From assembly GCA_041946735.1 (NCBI GenBank), contig JBHGAY010000004.1, positions 150,292 through 214,291 of the forward strand: a stretch of DNA of 64,000 bases, given 5' to 3'. Positions 60,072-64,000 of the stretch are shown piece by piece. The translations under genes were made by a program, and so were the position numbers. The stretch is from Candidatus Eiseniibacteriota bacterium. GTDB taxonomy: Bacteria; Eisenbacteria; RBG-16-71-46; CAIMUX01; VGJL01. The first letter of the stretch is position 1. Each line of letters starts with the position of its first letter. Under the pieces are notes generated by a model. The model was not told where the DNA came from. It ran no database searches and worked only from the letters and a program-made list of their open reading frames with translations.

Positions 60072-63000
60072 TACGGCTTGCCGCCGGCGCAGGCAGATCC
60101 CGAGAGCGGAACGGAAGGCGCGCGGCGCACGGGCGGCCCTGTTCGCCGCTCTGCTCTCGGTCGCCCTGACGGGTGCCGCGCTCTGCCAGGGCGACGCTGC
60201 GGCCGACGCTCCGGCCGGCGCGGAGGAGGTGCCGCGCCCCGACTTCAGCCTTCCCGCCGCTCAGGACACGACGATCCTGAACCAGGTCGTCCTCTCCTTC
60301 CGCGAGCATTTCCGCTACGACCAGCATCCCGACTCGACCCTCTACGGCACGGTGGAGCTGCACGCCTACAAGGTCCTGGGCGACGGCACCATCGTCCGCG
60401 ACACCCGCCTGGTGGTCGTGGACGCGCCAAACGACCTGACCGTCGGCGTTGTCACCGACAAGGAGGTTTATCGGCCGGGGGAAACGGCCCAGATCGACCT
60501 GCAGACGAGCGACCACGCGGGAAGCGGGGTCCAGACGGCGCTGGGGTTGGCCATCGTGGACGAATCCGTCTTTGCCCTTCAGCAACAGGACCCGGGCTTT
60601 GCCAAGCTCTACTTTATGCTCGAACAGGAGCTGATGGAGCCGTTCTACCAGATCAAGCAGTTTGAGTTTCCGGCCGAAATCCAAGAGGACGAGGATGTGC
60701 TGCGCCAGACGCAGGACGACGCGGCCAAGGCGGCCTGGTCCGGGATCCCGGCAACGGCCACCGTGTCGCTCAACTCGCGCGAGATCAAGATGGCCTCGAT
60801 CGAGCAGGCCCAGGCGAGCGGATTTCAGCGCCTGGAGCAGTTCGGCACGCTGGCAACGGTGTTTGTGCCGCTCTTGCTCTGGATCGTCGTCGTCGTCATC
60901 CTCGTCGACGCGCACGCCTTTGAAAAGGCCGTGGAGCGAACGTTCGTCGGCGCCGCCATCCTGGTGGGCGTCGCCATACCCCTGTTCTGCGTGGTCCTCG
61001 CTACCCAGAGACAGATGGCCGGGGAGTTTGCGGCCATGTTCTACCCCTTCCTGATCATCTTTGTCGGAGGAGGGCTCTTTCTCGCCGGGTACGGCTGGCA
61101 GAAGCGGAACACGGCCGCGCAGTTTGTCGGCCTGTTGGCGCTGGCCTGGAGCGGCGCCGTCTGGGTGCTCGACCGCGCCCTCGGCCAAAGCGCCTCCCCG
61201 TCGATGGGGCTCATCGCCCTGGCCGTCCTCGGCGGCCTCATGATCCCCGGCGTCTACCTGCTCTTCGGGCAGGGGTTGTGGGTACAGGAGCAGCACGCCG
61301 CCGGGGCCACGGCCACAGGCATGAGCGCCCTGGCCGTGCTGCTGCTGGTCCTGCTGCCGTTCCTCCTGGCTTCGTGCGGCGCCGCTATGGGGCGCATGAT
61401 GCCGGCCCAGGTCACCGCCCCACCGCAGGTTGTGAAGGAGGAAGAGGCGGCGCCGGCCCAGGAAGGCGCCCCGCGGCTGCGGCAGTATTTTCCCGAGACG
61501 CTCTACTGGGCGCCCGAAGTAGTGACCGACCGGCACGGCTACGTCGCGCTGGATATCCCGTTGGCCGACAGCATCACCACCTGGCGGTTGACGGCGCTGG
61601 CTTCCTCGCAGGACGGGCGCCTCGGCTTTACCACCCACGGGGTGCGCGTCTTCCAGGACTTTTTCGTCGACATCGACCTGCCGGTCGCCCTCACCGTGGA
61701 CGACGAAGTCAGTATCCCCGTCGGCGTCTACAACTATCTGCCCGAGGAGCAGCAGGTGCGGCTCGAGGTGCAGCAGGAGCCGTGGTTCGAGCTGCTGGGA
61801 GCGGGCGAACAGGTCATTGCCATCGCCCCCAACGACATCACCGTGGTCTACTTTCCCATCCGCGTGCGTGACTTTGGACAGCAAGGCTTCCAGGTAACCG
61901 CCTGGGGCACGCAGATGAACGACGCCATCCGCCGCGAGGTCCAGGTCGTCCCGAACGGCAAGGAAGTGTGGCAGACCGAGAGCAACTGGCTGCGGACGAG
62001 CCGGGAGGTGCCGATCGACATCCCGGCCGGCGCCGTCGACGGGGCAACGTACGTCGAGGTCAAGATTTACCCCGGGGCGTTGGCGCAGGTAGTGGAAGGA
62101 TTGGAAAATATCCTCCACCTGCCCCATGGCTGATTCGAACAGAGTACGTCGGCGACGTACCCAAACGTGTTGGTCCTGGATTACCTGCAGCGGATGCAAG
62201 TCGCCAGCCCCGAGGCACAGATGATGGCCGAAAAGTACGTGGCCACCGGCTATCAGCGGCTGCTGACCTTTGAGGTTCCGAGCGGCGGATTCTCGCTCTT
62301 TGGGAGCCCGCCCGCCGACCCGTTCCTGACCGCCTACGGCTTGATGCAGCTGGCGGACATGAAGCGGATCTACCCGGTCGACGAGGCAGTGATCGAACGG
62401 ACGGCCGAGTGGCTGTTGGACCGCCAGAATATGGATGGAAGCTGGCAGACGGGCGACGTGCGCGCCGGTAGTGGCGTTCTCGGTTCGACCGCTTATGTCA
62501 CCTGGGCACTCATCCAGGCCGGTTATGGAAAGGACCAAGGGGTCGCCCAAGCGATCGACTACCTCCGCGAATTCGCGCCGCGGGAAAAAGATGCGTACAG
62601 CCTGGCCCTGGCCGCCAACGCCCTGGCCGCTTACGACGCCGGGGACAGCGGCACGCGGGCTATCGTCGACCTGCTGTACAAGATGCGCGTGACCGCGGGC
62701 GACGGGGTCCATTGGCCGATCACCGCCAGCTCTTTCATGGGGGCAACCGGGACCAGCGGCAGCATCGAGACCACGGCCCTGGCCGCCATGGCCCTGATGC
62801 AGGCGGGCGTCCACCCCGACGCGGCGAGCGCCGCCCTGTCTTACCTGGTGCAGTCCAAGGATTCCTGGGGCACCTGGAGCACGACCCAGGCGACGATCCT
62901 TTCGCTCAAGGCGCTGCTCATGGCCGGCGAACAGCGGGCCGAGGTCGGCGAGCCGGCCCAGGTGCGCATCAGCCTGAACGGCGAACAGGCCCAGGAGGTT

Positions 63001-63564
63001 GCGATCGGCGAGGAGAATGCCGATGTGGTGCACCTGGTCACCTTTGCCCAGGGCTTTTCGCCCGAGGGGGCGAACCGGGTGTCGATCGAGCTCCAGGGCG
63101 GTGGCAACCTGATGTACCAGGTGGCCACGCGCTACTACATGCCCTGGGAGCTGGTGCCGGAGGAAGCCGGGGATGAGCAGGCGATCACCATCGACCTGAG
63201 CTACGACCGGACCGCCCTGGCGGTCAACGACACGGTAACGGTGGACGTCGACGTGACACTGAACCGCGCGGGCATGGTCCGGATGGCCCTGGTCGACCTG
63301 GGCGTGCCCCCGGGATTTAGCGTCATGGAGGAAGACTTGCAGCTGCTCGTGGAGAAAGAGATGATCTCGCACTATGAGTTGACCGGGCGGCAGATCATCC
63401 TCTACCTGGAAAACTTTTCCTCGGAGGCGCCGCTGCGTTTCAGCTACCGCCTGCTGGCGCGCTTTCCGCTGCGGGCGCAGACACCGCCGTCGACGGCGTA
63501 CGACTATTACAACCCGAGCCAGGTTACGGTAGAGGCGCCGTTGGAGGTGGTGGTAGAACCGTAG
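60055..63564 (+). CDS. Alpha-2-macroglobulin-family thioester protein read through an in-frame TGA (probable selenocysteine) at 62131-62133; about 1169 aa
   Basis: ORFs 59914-62133 and 62167-63564 share a frame and join as ILHLPHG*FEQSTSATYPNVLVLDYL. A2M hallmarks: DKEVYRPGE, LAIVDESV, RQYFPETLYW, LADSITTW, VFQDFF, GYQRLLTF...GGFS.FG, W.TTQAT, M.LVDLGVPPGF, AYDYYNP. Start codon uncertain. Confidence 0.85.
62134..62171 (+). promoter_or_regulatory. Putative bacterial SECIS element
   Basis: GTACGTC(62144-50)-GGC-GACGTAC(62154-60), a perfect 7-bp stem; G-first loop begins 17 nt after the UGA; possible lower pairing AACA(62138-41)/TGTT(62168-71). Confidence 0.7.
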
Positions 63565-63650
63565 GATGTCGGCGGCAACCTTGCGGAGACTCGAAAAACC
63601 TTTGCAAGGGGCAAAGCACAAGGAAGAGAAGGAAAACAAGGAAAACCGGG

Positions 63651-63688
63651 AAAACCAGGGCGGCGCAGGGAAAGCTGCCCTGGTTTTT
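63651..63688 (+). terminator. Putative intrinsic terminator after the A2M gene
   Basis: AAAACCAGGGCGGC-9 nt loop-GCTGCCCTGGTTTTT. Confidence 0.55.
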
Positions 63689-63897
63689 CGTGCTTGCGCG
63701 GAGGCAGAGGTTCGGACAGCGGATGAAAGCGGAGAAGCGGAGAAAAGCTACAGTCTGCGAAAGATCTTGGAGTGCCGAAGCCTTGCTTCGGCTTACTTTG
63801 GTCAGTTCCCACGCAGCGCCGAAGCCTTGCTTGGTCCTCTAGATATACAGTATCGCCGAGAAGCTGCCAACTTTTCGGCGACACCATCGAGTTTCGG

Positions 63898-64000
63898 CCC
63901 TTCTGCTGACGTGTTTGGAGTCTTCAGCCGGCATATTGAGACTCGTCTGCCGACGTGTTACGGCTCGTCTGCCGACGTGTTACGGCTCGTCTGCCGACGT
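63898..64000. repeat. 22-bp tandem repeat running off the window end
   Basis: ctcgtctgccgacgtgttacgg exact at 63942 and 63964, partial at 63986; degenerate in-phase copies at 63898 and 63920. Confidence 0.85.

Noticed and set aside
62131..62133. Genome-wide UGA reassignment (Trp/Gly)
   Set aside because: Many genes in the window end in TGA, Trp is TGG in this gene, and the homologous residue is Cys.
59914..63564. Two separate A2M genes, or a plain pseudogene
   Set aside because: The break is one in-frame TGA exactly at the thioester Cys, with a SECIS-like hairpin, no RBS for the second ORF and no other lesions. A TGC-to-TGA error is disfavoured but not excluded.
59950..63639. 1229-aa minus-strand ORF
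   Set aside because: Antisense shadow of the A2M gene, with no recognisable motifs.
63898..64000. CRISPR array
   Set aside because: Units are directly adjacent with no spacers, and no cas genes are present.

Overview
GC-rich bacterial chromosome segment with about 39 genes. The gene content (gingipain, M14 and S8 peptidases and a beta-propeller protein with FlgD-Ig/T9SS-like C-termini, plus an 'SWGxxRxLYR' tail) suggests an uncultured FCB-group organism such as Ca. Eisenbacteria; this is inference. Bases 1-60,070 hold a TetR-TolC-MFP-RND efflux operon, dinB, a probable serine palmitoyltransferase, secreted proteases, an ECF sigma/anti-sigma/TPR-CHAT/S8 module, recD2, a fused aconitase-family enzyme, carAB and a GH57 glycogen cluster. 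The standout is at the right end. An alpha-2-macroglobulin (thioester protein) gene is split in the ORF track only by an in-frame TGA (62131-62133). That TGA sits exactly at the Cys of the thioester motif (PHG-*-FEQ versus GCxEQ) and is followed by a perfect hairpin with bacterial SECIS geometry. This makes it a candidate selenocysteine macroglobulin that would form an internal selenoester. The same protein has about six transmembrane helices in its bait region, and its segment shows a codon-usage switch near 60,340 (horizontal acquisition or assembly chimera). No rRNA, tRNA, CRISPR array or transposase was recognised.
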